Shown here: piece after piece, positions 17,796 to 27,133 of the stretch
Position numbering within the stretch: position 1 is the first letter of the stretch
Layout of the letters: each line of letters opens with the position of its first letter
Origin: Pseudomonadota bacterium
Lineage (GTDB): Bacteria > Bdellovibrionota > Bdellovibrionia > Bdellovibrionales > Bdellovibrionaceae
DNA: 64,000 nucleotides
Assembly (NCBI GenBank): GCA_041178425.1
Contig: JBEGVH010000040.1
Location: 96,001 to 160,000, forward strand
Direction of reading: 5' to 3'
Notes under the pieces: model-generated
Databases searched by the model: none
Told to the model about the DNA's origin: nothing
Seen by the model: only the letters and a program-made list of their open reading frames with translations
Position numbers and translations under genes: made by a program

Positions 17796-19052
17796 ATGCC
17801 TTTGCTTCGAGCGTTTTTGGGGATCTGTGTGCTCATAGGTTTTTGTTATGTTATCAGTTCCCATCGTAAAAAGATTTTGTGGTCTGAAATTGTGTATGCT
17901 CTCCTGCTTCAAATTCTTTTCGCTTTTCTGGTTTTGAAAGTTCCTGGGGTCGTCTCTGTTTTTGATTTTATATCGAGCTTTTTTGTCAAAGTCTTAGATT
18001 ACACCCGAGAGGGATCAGAGTTTCTCTTTGGTCAGTTAATGAAAGTTGATTCCGTGGGATTTATTTTTGCCTTTCAAGTTTTGCCCACGATTGTCTTTTT
18101 CTCGGCCCTCACGACCCTGTTGTACTATTTCGGGATCCTACAGAAGGTTGTTTATGCTTGCGCCTGGGTGATGTCCAAAGGAATTCGGTTGTCAGGGGCT
18201 GAAAGCCTGTCGACAGCGGGAAATATTTTTCTAGGTCAAACAGAAGCCCCACTCTTAATTAAGCCTTATTTACCAACAATGACACGGTCGGAATTGCTGT
18301 GCGTGATGATTGGAGGAATGGCTAACATTGCAGGAGGAGTCTTGGCGGCGTATGTGGGCTTTTTGGGAGGAGAAGATCCTGTTCAACGGCAATTATTTGC
18401 CACCCATCTGCTCTGCGCCTCGATCATGTCGGCGCCGGCGACTATTTTGGTCTCCAAATTAATCGAACCCGAGACGGCGCGCGAGAAGCTCGACACCAAA
18501 CTGCGACAAGTCGATATCCCTGCCGGGCATAATGCCTTAGATGCAATTTGTTTAGGAACGACTGAGGGAATGGGGCTCGCGATGAATGTGGGGGCCATGC
18601 TTCTCGTTTTTACTGCGGTCATGGCCATGGCCAATTCTTTGATTGGGGGATTGGGGACGCTTGTAGGGGGAGAGGCGACGCACTGGAGTCTTCAGGCCGC
18701 CTTAAGCTATTTGTTTTCCCCAGTGGCATGGATAATCGGGGTTGATGGCAGTGACATCACTAAAGTGGGACAGCTGTTGGGTGAGAAGACTATTCTCAAT
18801 GAGTTTTATGCTTACGGAACTCTGGCAAAATTTAAGGCCGCTGGCGCCTTCGAGAGCCAACGATCTCTGATTATTGCGACCTACGCGCTTTGTGGATTCG
18901 CAAATTTTGCGTCGATTGGTATACAAGTCGGAGGGATCTCGCAAATGGCCCCCAGTCAACGAAAAACACTCACCCAACTTGGCATTAAAGCCCTGGTGGG
19001 GGGTACCATCTGCACGCTCATGACGGCCACCATTGTGGGTGCCATCTATTAA
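17796..19052 (+). CDS. nupC: CNT/NupC-family nucleoside transporter
   Basis: FAFQVLPTIVFFS, NIFLGQTEAPLLI, ASIMSAP, NEFYAY, ALCGFANF. Confidence 0.93.
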   Translation: MPLLRAFLGICVLIGFCYVISSHRKKILWSEIVYALLLQILFAFLVLKVPGVVSVFDFISSFFVKVLDYTREGSEFLFGQLMKVDSVGFIFAFQVLPTIVFFSALTTLLYYFGILQKVVYACAWVMSKGIRLSGAESLSTAGNIFLGQTEAPLLIKPYLPTMTRSELLCVMIGGMANIAGGVLAAYVGFLGGEDPVQRQLFATHLLCASIMSAPATILVSKLIEPETAREKLDTKLRQVDIPAGHNALDAICLGTTEGMGLAMNVGAMLLVFTAVMAMANSLIGGLGTLVGGEATHWSLQAALSYLFSPVAWIIGVDGSDITKVGQLLGEKTILNEFYAYGTLAKFKAAGAFESQRSLIIATYALCGFANFASIGIQVGGISQMAPSQRKTLTQLGIKALVGGTICTLMTATIVGAIY

Positions 19053-19108
19053 ATCTCTAATTCTGCACCCACTTTCAGAGGGCTGACGGTGAGTGTGATT
19101 GGTTTGCT

Positions 19109-19594
19109 TTAAGCTGCTTTTTGTTTTTTCTGAATAAATCGAAAGTATTTACTTTCAATCACATCGATTTCCATGGGTTCATTTTTTGAATCAACAACAG
19201 ACTCTGGAATATGAAGAGCACCGTGGTCATCGTATTCTTTTCCTAAGGTGAAAAGAACCTGTTTTTCTTCTCCCGTTCCATCAGAATAATAAGGAACAAA
19301 AAATGATTCAACCTTGCCCGTCGCAGGTAAAAAACCATCTACCATATTTATTTGATCAACAATAATTTTTGGACAATGGCGATAGACAACCTTTGTTTTT
19401 GGGAACGGGCTGAGCCATTTGATCCACTCTCTGATTCCACACGAATTAATCCCTTTGACCTCTTTAAAGTCAAAAATAAGAGTGTTGGCTCCATTGAGAA
19501 CATCGCTCGAGAGAGTCACCTCTTCGTCGATAGAGCCCGACACATCGATAAGAAGAGTGTCCTGAGTTTTCTTAATGTTAAAATTATTTGCCAT
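19109..19594 (-). CDS. STAS-domain (anti-anti-sigma-like) protein
   Basis: SGSIDE...IFDFKEVKGINSCGIREW with Ser at the usual phosphoacceptor position; SD AGGAGG. Confidence 0.75.
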   Translation of the reverse strand: MANNFNIKKTQDTLLIDVSGSIDEEVTLSSDVLNGANTLIFDFKEVKGINSCGIREWIKWLSPFPKTKVVYRHCPKIIVDQINMVDGFLPATGKVESFFVPYYSDGTGEEKQVLFTLGKEYDDHGALHIPESVVDSKNEPMEIDVIESKYFRFIQKKQKAA

Positions 19595-20411
19595 TACGTC
19601 CTCCTGTTGGGGGAATGTTTAAAAATTGTAGGTTTTTACCAATAGCGCAAAATTGTTTGTAGCTGGTTCTTAGAGGAAAAGTACAACTCACTAAAGTGGC
19701 TTCTCCTTTTTTGACAGCGATTGTAATGCCGGTAGAGTAGCGATGGAGAAGTGAACAGCCGATCCCGGCTCCACCGGGTTTATCACCAAGATTGATGATA
19801 TTTTTAGTACCGCTCAATTCAATATCGCGCATTCGCTGGATTATTTTAGGAATATGAAGGCTGCCATAAGCATCAATACAGGTGATGGTTGCCTTGTGCT
19901 GATCGTAAGCGGCAATGATCTCTGATGTTTTAGTCGACTTCTCTAAGCCCATTTTGATGGCCTCTTGGGGGGCATCGTAAACGGCGTTCATGAATAATTC
20001 TTCGAATGCTATTCTCATATGATCAGAAATAGTTGCTGACTCAGCCGCTGCGAAAAAAGGTTCCAACTTGTTAAGAATCAAATCTTTTTCTTTGGCGAGT
20101 GAAAAGGTTAAATTCACAGATTTAGGTTTTTCCTCATAGAGGGCCAGAAGGGGATTTGCGAGAAAGCCTTCTGGGTCAGATTTGACCTTAAGAGCCACGA
20201 GGAGTTCTTCGAGAAAGTTTCGATTATTGCTGTTTAGAAAAGTATTAAAGGGTCCGCGTGTTGCCAGTTCTAAAATTTGTCCCTCTGCCCATTGTGACGA
20301 ATGGAGCACTGTTTTTTCTGGGTCTGAGTATATTATTTTTCCTTGCCGATATTCGGTGACGTCAAAGGATGAAAAAGAGTCCATAAATTCGAAGAGTTTT
20401 GGGGCACTCAT
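19584..20411 (-). CDS. GHKL/HATPase_c Ser kinase (RsbW/SiaB-like)
   Basis: N-box EELFMNA, D.YGS and GAGIG motifs; no His-box; overlaps both neighbours. Confidence 0.75.
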   Translation of the reverse strand: MSAPKLFEFMDSFSSFDVTEYRQGKIIYSDPEKTVLHSSQWAEGQILELATRGPFNTFLNSNNRNFLEELLVALKVKSDPEGFLANPLLALYEEKPKSVNLTFSLAKEKDLILNKLEPFFAAAESATISDHMRIAFEELFMNAVYDAPQEAIKMGLEKSTKTSEIIAAYDQHKATITCIDAYGSLHIPKIIQRMRDIELSGTKNIINLGDKPGGAGIGCSLLHRYSTGITIAVKKGEATLVSCTFPLRTSYKQFCAIGKNLQFLNIPPTGGRNGK

Positions 20412-22243
20412 GCGGCGTCTCCATATTTTACACAGAAAAAGGTAACATCATCAACAAGGGTTGTATTCGTTCGGTAAGACTGTAGGGAGTTGTTCATCAT
20501 GTTCACAAACTTAGGAGGATTGGATCTTTCGGGCATCGTCTCGAGAATAATCCTCAGAAACTCTCGTTCTCCCAGTGATTGCCCCGAAGGGCTTTGAATG
20601 TCGGCGATTCCATCCGTGTAAAAAAAGATAAAATCGTTAGGGTCTAATTGAAAACTCGTTTGCTCGTACACGGTGGCTGGGTCTTGGCCTAGGCGGGCAT
20701 TATTGACATCAATCAGAGGTTTGAGATCTTTTTTTCTTGGTTTCTGAATGTCGGCTTTTAGTAAATAAGGCGCTTCATGACTGGCATTGCAATAAGTAAA
20801 AACTCCTGTTTCGGTATCAATGATTCCTAGAAAAAAAGTCATCATGACTCGACCTCGTGAAACGTCGTAAATCGAGCGATTAAGAAGGCGCATAATTTGT
20901 TTGGCATCGAGGGTAAAGTGTTCCATCACACTCGCAGCACTGCGCGCGGCACTCGTGATAAGGGCTGCGGGGGCACCGTGGCCGGTGGCATCTCCTATAC
21001 AGAGCATGATCCTTTTATTGATTTTAGCGTAGTACCACCAGTCGCCTCCGCATTCGCTGGCAGGTTCGTAATGGCCGGCAATATGAACGTTGCCAAAGAC
21101 TTGTGTGGTCGGGGGAAAGAGAGTTTCTTGAACGGTTCTGGCGGTTTGCAGTTCCCCTTCCATCCTGGCTTTTTCAGCCGTCTCATTGAGGAGTCTGGCC
21201 ACTTCGGTCGACATGAGGTTAAACGAAGTCGCGAGGGAGCCAATCTCATCTTTCGACGGTACATTCACCCGAAACGTGAACTCCCCCTGAGCAATTCGTT
21301 GAGTGGCACTCAGGAGATCTCTGAGGGCTTTCGTAAGAGTTTGCGAGCCAATGATGCTCAAAAGTAGAGTAATACTCAAGAGAATGCCCGCAAAAAGCAA
21401 AGATTTAGTGACGAGAGTTTTGATAGCGGAGAGGGCCTTTTCTCTGTCAACGATAGATGTCACAATGAGTTTTCCGAAGCCAATTTTGTTATAGGACACC
21501 AGATAGCCTGATTTTTTTCTTTCGACGAGTTCTGTGCCTTCGGTGCTGTTTTTCTTTTTGAGGACTTTGAAAAATTCTGAATCGAGAATAGTCGGTGTGT
21601 TTTTTTTCTGAGTCACTTTTTCCTGGTAACCAAAGAGAAAATCACCGGAGTCTGTGGCCAGAAAGAGAGATTGGTTAGCTTTTGCGGAAAATAGATCAGC
21701 AAGTTCCTGACTCCTAAAAACGATTGCAAATTTTAAAACGCTTTTGTCAATAGGGTTTTCGATACTTTCAATCAAAAGAATATTTTCGTTCTTAAAAGGC
21801 GTGCGAACGAGGTGAGTTTCGTCTTTGTACCCATTCACCAACTGATTGATTTGTTGGAGGCTGGCAATAAAATCTTCGAGATCTTCTGGGTTTTTCTTTA
21901 AATGGTCTTTCAGCGTCAGTGGGGATTTCGAGCTATCAAGAAGCCCTATAAAAAGGAGATTGCTCTCGCCATTAAAAGTTTCGCGAGAGAGCATCCCAAA
22001 TTCACCATTGCCGACTCGATCTTGAAGAACTGGTTTCACCGAAGCTAAAATGGTCTGAAAGGTTCCCCTGGCTTGAGAGGCCAAACTTCGGTTAACATTT
22101 GAATTTGTATCGTAAATGTAAGCAATTTTGTCTTTTTCGAATACATTGATAACGAGTAACAAATAGGAGCCAAGCAGCAGTAGTGGAACTACTGTCAGGA
22201 GTATCATCACCTTGTATTTCAGCGAAAGGTCTGACCAACTCAT
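20408..22243 (-). CDS. Membrane sensor with HAMP and SpoIIE/PP2C phosphatase domains
   Basis: 2 TM, periplasmic domain, HAMP (DEIGSLATSFN), GGDWW, GDATGHG, YTDG, DDVT. Start is likely 22243 or 22261; the 22483 extension overlaps the divergent gene. Confidence 0.9.
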   Translation of the reverse strand: MSWSDLSLKYKVMILLTVVPLLLLGSYLLLVINVFEKDKIAYIYDTNSNVNRSLASQARGTFQTILASVKPVLQDRVGNGEFGMLSRETFNGESNLLFIGLLDSSKSPLTLKDHLKKNPEDLEDFIASLQQINQLVNGYKDETHLVRTPFKNENILLIESIENPIDKSVLKFAIVFRSQELADLFSAKANQSLFLATDSGDFLFGYQEKVTQKKNTPTILDSEFFKVLKKKNSTEGTELVERKKSGYLVSYNKIGFGKLIVTSIVDREKALSAIKTLVTKSLLFAGILLSITLLLSIIGSQTLTKALRDLLSATQRIAQGEFTFRVNVPSKDEIGSLATSFNLMSTEVARLLNETAEKARMEGELQTARTVQETLFPPTTQVFGNVHIAGHYEPASECGGDWWYYAKINKRIMLCIGDATGHGAPAALITSAARSAASVMEHFTLDAKQIMRLLNRSIYDVSRGRVMMTFFLGIIDTETGVFTYCNASHEAPYLLKADIQKPRKKDLKPLIDVNNARLGQDPATVYEQTSFQLDPNDFIFFYTDGIADIQSPSGQSLGEREFLRIILETMPERSNPPKFVNMMNNSLQSYRTNTTLVDDVTFFCVKYGDAA

Positions 22244-22332
22244 CGCATTGCTTATCGTCATTTTAGGGGGAGTCAATAGTCCTGAAGTTTTAACTGACGG
22301 GTTGTTGAAAAAAACCAAGACGAAGGTCCAAT

Positions 22333-22359
22333 TTAAAGGCTCAAAGAAAAGTCCGATAG
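22333..22359 (+). promoter_or_regulatory. sigma28 (FliA)-like promoter
   Basis: TTAA-15 bp-TCCGATAG, ending 7 nt before ATG 22367. Confidence 0.5.
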
Positions 22360-22366
22360 TGGCTGT

Positions 22367-25153
22367 ATGCAAACGTCTTCGATTCGGCGGCCTGAAAATC
22401 TCGATAAAATACTGGTGGGAGTGGCTCTTTTTGGGTTTGCTTTTCTTCTCTACTTTTTGATCAATGATTCTTGGATGCATCAACGCAAAGAGGATGGCTC
22501 GAGAACTAAAATTGGATCGGTAGTAGAGTTATCTCTTGATGTGCGTCGGCGTTCAAAAGATGAATTTATTTGGCTTCCCATCGAGAAAACCTTACCAGTC
22601 TTTGAAGGCGACTCCATTTTTACCGGTTCGAAAAGTCATACGACCATCAAATTAGATTCAGGCGTTCGTTTGGTGGTCGACCCCGATTCTCTTATTGTGC
22701 TTGAGCAAACTGCCGATGCGATGAAGCTCGATTTAAAATTTGGTCAACTCCGCGGAAGCCTCGATGACAAGAAAGCCGGGCTTTTAAAAATAACAGTGAA
22801 TAACAATGACATGGCTCTCGCTGGCAAATCAGTGGAATTTGCAATGGAAAAAGTGAAGACAAAGGAGACCAAACTCAAGGTAACAAAAGGAACGGCACAG
22901 CTTCTTGATGTGAAATCTAACAAGAAAATTGAAGTGAACCAGAATCAACAAATCCGCCTCACTCAAGCACCGACGGGGACCGTTCAGCAGCCAGTGGCGG
23001 TGGAAACTTCGATGGACTTCATTAATTTGAGTCGTTGGGCCATGCCGCGAAACCTTTGGTTGCCCCAAAGGCAGGCTTTAAAATTCTCTTGGGAGACCGA
23101 GGGGCCTGTGGACGCCTATGAGTTCACGCTCTCAGAGTCAGCCGATCTGACGAAGCCTTTGGTAAAAGAGCTAGTTCGTCGACCGGCGTATGTTTGGACA
23201 CCCACAGACGATTCAGGAAAAATCTTTTGGCAGGTCAAAGCTCTGAACAGAGCCAAAAAGCAGTCGATTGAGTCTGAAGTGATTCAGTGGTCCTACACGC
23301 TTCAGACGCCTCCCCACTGGACGAATCTCCAGGAGCCAATACTTATCTCTAAGCTAGATCTCAAGGGCATCGATTCGCAAAAGCCTTTGGAGTATTTTGT
23401 GTCTTGGGATGCGCCTCTTAAAACGGCGCAATTTCGTTTGGAATGGGCTCGAAATGCAAAATTCATCGATGCTCAGAGTTCGGAGTTTATGGATCATCGT
23501 TGGCGAATTCCTAAATGGGATACCGGTCAATACTTTCTGAGAGTGCGAAGTGAATCAATCGGGCGGCCGCCATCTCTATGGTCTAGGCCTTTGGTAGTTA
23601 CCATTACGGATCAAGACTCAGAGGGGTTAATTCCTCCCGCACTAGCGGTGACGGAATTGGAGACAGAAGCGAATAAAGGGATAGCCAAAATCGACTGGAA
23701 GCCACAAGAGAAAGCTGTCGACTATGTGATTGAGGTTGCTGATGCTGAGGATTTTGCGAATCTTTTAAAAACGACTCAGTTGAAGAAGTCACCTTGGTCG
23801 AGCGAGAGCCTTCCACAGGGTAGCTACTTTGTGAGAGTGGTTCCTCTCTCCGAAAAAGGGCGCCGTGGTCCGGCGTCAAAAATAATCAAATGGGTCTCTC
23901 GTTCCTCTGGACCTCAATGGTTGTTAGAACAAAAAAAGATAGACGTCGAAATACCACGAGATAGTGCTAACCATTTGATGGCTTTTCCTGACACGATCGT
24001 TCAATGGAAAGAGATGGGTTCTCAAAAAGCCACTCTTTACTATTTAGAGCAAGATCGGTCGCCTGATTTTAAAAATAAGCAAACCAATAAAATATCGGCA
24101 AATCAAATGGTGCTAAAAAATTTGGACGCAGGCGACTATTATTACCGACTTCGTTCTTACTACGCTGATGGAACTTTTTCTGTACCTTCAGAGCCGCTCC
24201 ATCTTCATGTCACAGAGAAAACAGCCATTGGTGTGCCTCAGCCTGTGATGATAACAAAAACCCTTGAGAGCTCGCTCAACTTAGAAGATCAGTCGATGGT
24301 GAAACTAAAGTGGAAAAAAATGAAAGAGGCGGTCCAATTTGTTGTTCAAATGAGTGAAACGGAAGACTTTAAAAATCTCCTCATTGAAAAGAAAGCGGAT
24401 CTTCAGCAGATTGATCTCTCGGTACAAAAAATAGGAACCTACTTTCTCCGAGTGGCTGGTATCTCAAAAAAAGAAGAGCAGGGCCCGTGGAGTGAAATTG
24501 TACCCTGGAAGGTGTCGATGGGAGCTCCGTTATTAAACCCTATGAGCAATGTTCTGATTGAAGTGGAGAGCTCAGAGTCGGCGGTGCCTTTGACTCCTTT
24601 GTTGATAAGTTGGAAGGCTCACAAGAGCTTGACCGACTTTCAATTGCAAATCGCCGAGGATGATGAGTTTAAAAATGTGGTCTACAATGAAAGAGTAAAT
24701 GGTAACGAGTATAGATACAATCTCACAAAGGGCGGAAAATATCGAATCAGAGTGAAGGGGATTGATCCTGGAGGAAGCGAATTAACGTCCTTTTCGGCCA
24801 TGGAATCCATGAGTTTTATAATGAAGCGACCACTGATTGCACCTCATCTGCTGTTTCCAAAAAATAAGACATCCTACGTTCTTGCAAAAATGAAGACATC
24901 AGAGCTTTGGTTAGCCTGGGAAAACAAAGACAAGGGGTCCACTTCTTATCAGGTGGAGTTTTCAAAAGACAGTGAGTTCAGTGAGGTCACCTATACTCGA
25001 AAAACAAACGAACCGCGCCTTCTGCTAGATCAAAAAATTATTAAAGGAAAAATCTACTGGCGGGTTAAAGCTATCAACGACGACCAACAGCTCAGTTCCA
25101 ACTGGAGTGAGGTTTGGAGTATGGCTGTGGTCGATGTGATGAGCGAAGATTAG
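22367..25153 (+). CDS. Membrane-anchored FecR-domain protein with tandem FN3-like repeats
   Basis: N-terminal TM; VFEGDSIFTG FecR-like motif; about 7 repeats of W...Y..E.S...DF...Y..RV. Confidence 0.8.
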   Translation: MQTSSIRRPENLDKILVGVALFGFAFLLYFLINDSWMHQRKEDGSRTKIGSVVELSLDVRRRSKDEFIWLPIEKTLPVFEGDSIFTGSKSHTTIKLDSGVRLVVDPDSLIVLEQTADAMKLDLKFGQLRGSLDDKKAGLLKITVNNNDMALAGKSVEFAMEKVKTKETKLKVTKGTAQLLDVKSNKKIEVNQNQQIRLTQAPTGTVQQPVAVETSMDFINLSRWAMPRNLWLPQRQALKFSWETEGPVDAYEFTLSESADLTKPLVKELVRRPAYVWTPTDDSGKIFWQVKALNRAKKQSIESEVIQWSYTLQTPPHWTNLQEPILISKLDLKGIDSQKPLEYFVSWDAPLKTAQFRLEWARNAKFIDAQSSEFMDHRWRIPKWDTGQYFLRVRSESIGRPPSLWSRPLVVTITDQDSEGLIPPALAVTELETEANKGIAKIDWKPQEKAVDYVIEVADAEDFANLLKTTQLKKSPWSSESLPQGSYFVRVVPLSEKGRRGPASKIIKWVSRSSGPQWLLEQKKIDVEIPRDSANHLMAFPDTIVQWKEMGSQKATLYYLEQDRSPDFKNKQTNKISANQMVLKNLDAGDYYYRLRSYYADGTFSVPSEPLHLHVTEKTAIGVPQPVMITKTLESSLNLEDQSMVKLKWKKMKEAVQFVVQMSETEDFKNLLIEKKADLQQIDLSVQKIGTYFLRVAGISKKEEQGPWSEIVPWKVSMGAPLLNPMSNVLIEVESSESAVPLTPLLISWKAHKSLTDFQLQIAEDDEFKNVVYNERVNGNEYRYNLTKGGKYRIRVKGIDPGGSELTSFSAMESMSFIMKRPLIAPHLLFPKNKTSYVLAKMKTSELWLAWENKDKGSTSYQVEFSKDSEFSEVTYTRKTNEPRLLLDQKIIKGKIYWRVKAINDDQQLSSNWSEVWSMAVVDVMSED

Positions 25154-27045
25154 AAGCGAAAGCCTAGGCCACCCTGAAGTTCAGTCGTCGAAGTTGTTGC
25201 TGTCGTGGTGGTGTTAACTTTTGTTTGTAGCGCCTCAACGATAAGCTTCCAACTCCAATAGCTCTTTTTGTTTCTGTTGTAGCGGCTCTGCCAAGAGGCA
25301 GAAACAAGGCTTCCACCCTTGCATTCTTCATTCAGGCAGGCCGGATAAACGCCAAGCTGGGCCGAGTGAAAATTTCCAAAGAGTATCGATGTAGTCTGAT
25401 GGGGGCCATCATGGGCTATTTTTAATCCGGCCCATTGGTTTTGAGTGGAGCGACCAGAGGCCGTGCTATTGGTCACGCTCCGATAAGCAACCCGAAGGCT
25501 GGTGCTTGGTTGAACATAATAAAACCCTGACGTGAATCGATAGATCAGATCAAAATCAACAAAGCTAGAGTTTGTTTTTGCCGCTGAAAACGCTTGTGCT
25601 CCGAAGGTCATCGCGGTTCCCCAGCGAAGTAAATTGGCTGCGCCCGTCATGCCAAGTAATCCGTCGAAGTATTTTTGAAAGTAAAGATCCCCACGGAAAG
25701 AATTGTCGCTGCTTGAAAGAGTCGTTGTTTCTGATTTAACAGATGACCCCACAGAGCCACCACCTAGACCAAGGCCAAGATCCCAACCCTCCGCACGTTC
25801 AACTTCATAAGAACCGAGAAGTTTGATTTTATTAATTCCAATCTCTAGTAAGTGAGCCTTGTTATAGCCAAGAGCAATTTTATTGAGTGTCCATTCAAAT
25901 TCAGAGCCGCTGGTCTCAACGGTGTCACCCTCGGTTTTGGTAACCAGATTGAGGCCATCAGCATTTTTGAACTTTATTGTTAAAGACGACGAATAGGTTT
26001 TGGTTTGGTTATTCAAAAGGATGGGGCGCTGATCTTGCGTTGGAATCATTTGGGTGTTGATAGATAAAGCTTGTCGAAGTGGAACCTGTCCATAGGCTTC
26101 TATAAAAAGGGAAGACTCTTTGGTATCGACATTTGCCTCCCAAGGGATCGCTTTTTTGTTACCAGGAATTTTTTCGCGAGCTTTGAAATTCACCGAAGAA
26201 TTGGCTCGATTAAATGTGACATCTAAAAGTTGGAGCGGTACAAAATCACTACGCATTTCTACAGAGAGGCCCGAGATGAGTTGGGCGGCGAGGGACGCTG
26301 TTCTGATGTTTTGATCAAATTGGATAATACCGCTCTCACCAACTTCGGAGCCATTAACAAAAAGAGAATGATCTTTACGAACCGTCTTAATAAGAACGGG
26401 CTCCCAGCCATCCCCTTTTTGTTTCAGAGTATAATTGGGTGTACAGATCTGGATACGGTTCACTCTTGATTCTGAAAACAGGCAGAGAGTGAAAAATGAA
26501 TTTTTGGCTAACTGTGCTTCAATCGCTGAAACGTCATGCAAATAAAATAGTCCAGAGGATGTGCGCCCCTCTGAGCCTTTTTGGCGATCTTCTTCGACTT
26601 TTTCAATTTCGTTGATGTCTTTGATGGTCTGACTCCAGATGGCTCTACCATGGGGATCTTTAAGAATCAGAGTGCCACCCACGAGAAACTGCATTGGTGC
26701 TTGAAAAGTCATTGTCTCCGGGTCTTTTTTGAAGAGCTGCATATTTTTCGTAGAAATAACGATATCGCCGACAAGAATAGAATCATTATCGATAACCTTG
26801 TACTCAAGAGTCTGATTGAGAAACTTAATTTGTTTATCAGTGACGATGATATAGAAGTTTTCAATCAGATTGAGGCTGTCATCATCATTGCCTGCCGTTG
26901 ATTCGGAGGCTTCTGGCGTGGTTTTTTCTTTTGATTCAACTTCGGCTGTTTTGCTTTCAGAATTTTTACTATCGGCAGCAAGAGTGAGGATCGGTGTTAT
27001 CAGTAAAAAAAAGAGAATTTTTGAAAGTAAAAAATATTTATTCAT
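25150..27045 (-). CDS. Hypothetical outer membrane protein, paralog of 27134-29176
   Basis: Signal peptide; alternating C-terminal strands ending GLGFRF. Confidence 0.7.
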   Translation of the reverse strand: MNKYFLLSKILFFLLITPILTLAADSKNSESKTAEVESKEKTTPEASESTAGNDDDSLNLIENFYIIVTDKQIKFLNQTLEYKVIDNDSILVGDIVISTKNMQLFKKDPETMTFQAPMQFLVGGTLILKDPHGRAIWSQTIKDINEIEKVEEDRQKGSEGRTSSGLFYLHDVSAIEAQLAKNSFFTLCLFSESRVNRIQICTPNYTLKQKGDGWEPVLIKTVRKDHSLFVNGSEVGESGIIQFDQNIRTASLAAQLISGLSVEMRSDFVPLQLLDVTFNRANSSVNFKAREKIPGNKKAIPWEANVDTKESSLFIEAYGQVPLRQALSINTQMIPTQDQRPILLNNQTKTYSSSLTIKFKNADGLNLVTKTEGDTVETSGSEFEWTLNKIALGYNKAHLLEIGINKIKLLGSYEVERAEGWDLGLGLGGGSVGSSVKSETTTLSSSDNSFRGDLYFQKYFDGLLGMTGAANLLRWGTAMTFGAQAFSAAKTNSSFVDFDLIYRFTSGFYYVQPSTSLRVAYRSVTNSTASGRSTQNQWAGLKIAHDGPHQTTSILFGNFHSAQLGVYPACLNEECKGGSLVSASWQSRYNRNKKSYWSWKLIVEALQTKVNTTTTATTSTTELQGGLGFRF

Positions 27046-27133
27046 ACCGTCAGGATCAGAGAAACCAGGCAGAATTTCAAGTCATTTCGGCCCGGTTCCT
27101 GAATTTATTGATCGGTAAAAAAGGTCTTCTTTT

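Noticed and set aside
22244..22483. N-terminal extension of the PP2C ORF in the track
   Set aside because: Overlaps the divergent FecR-FN3 gene and its promoter; the first TM begins just after Met 22243.
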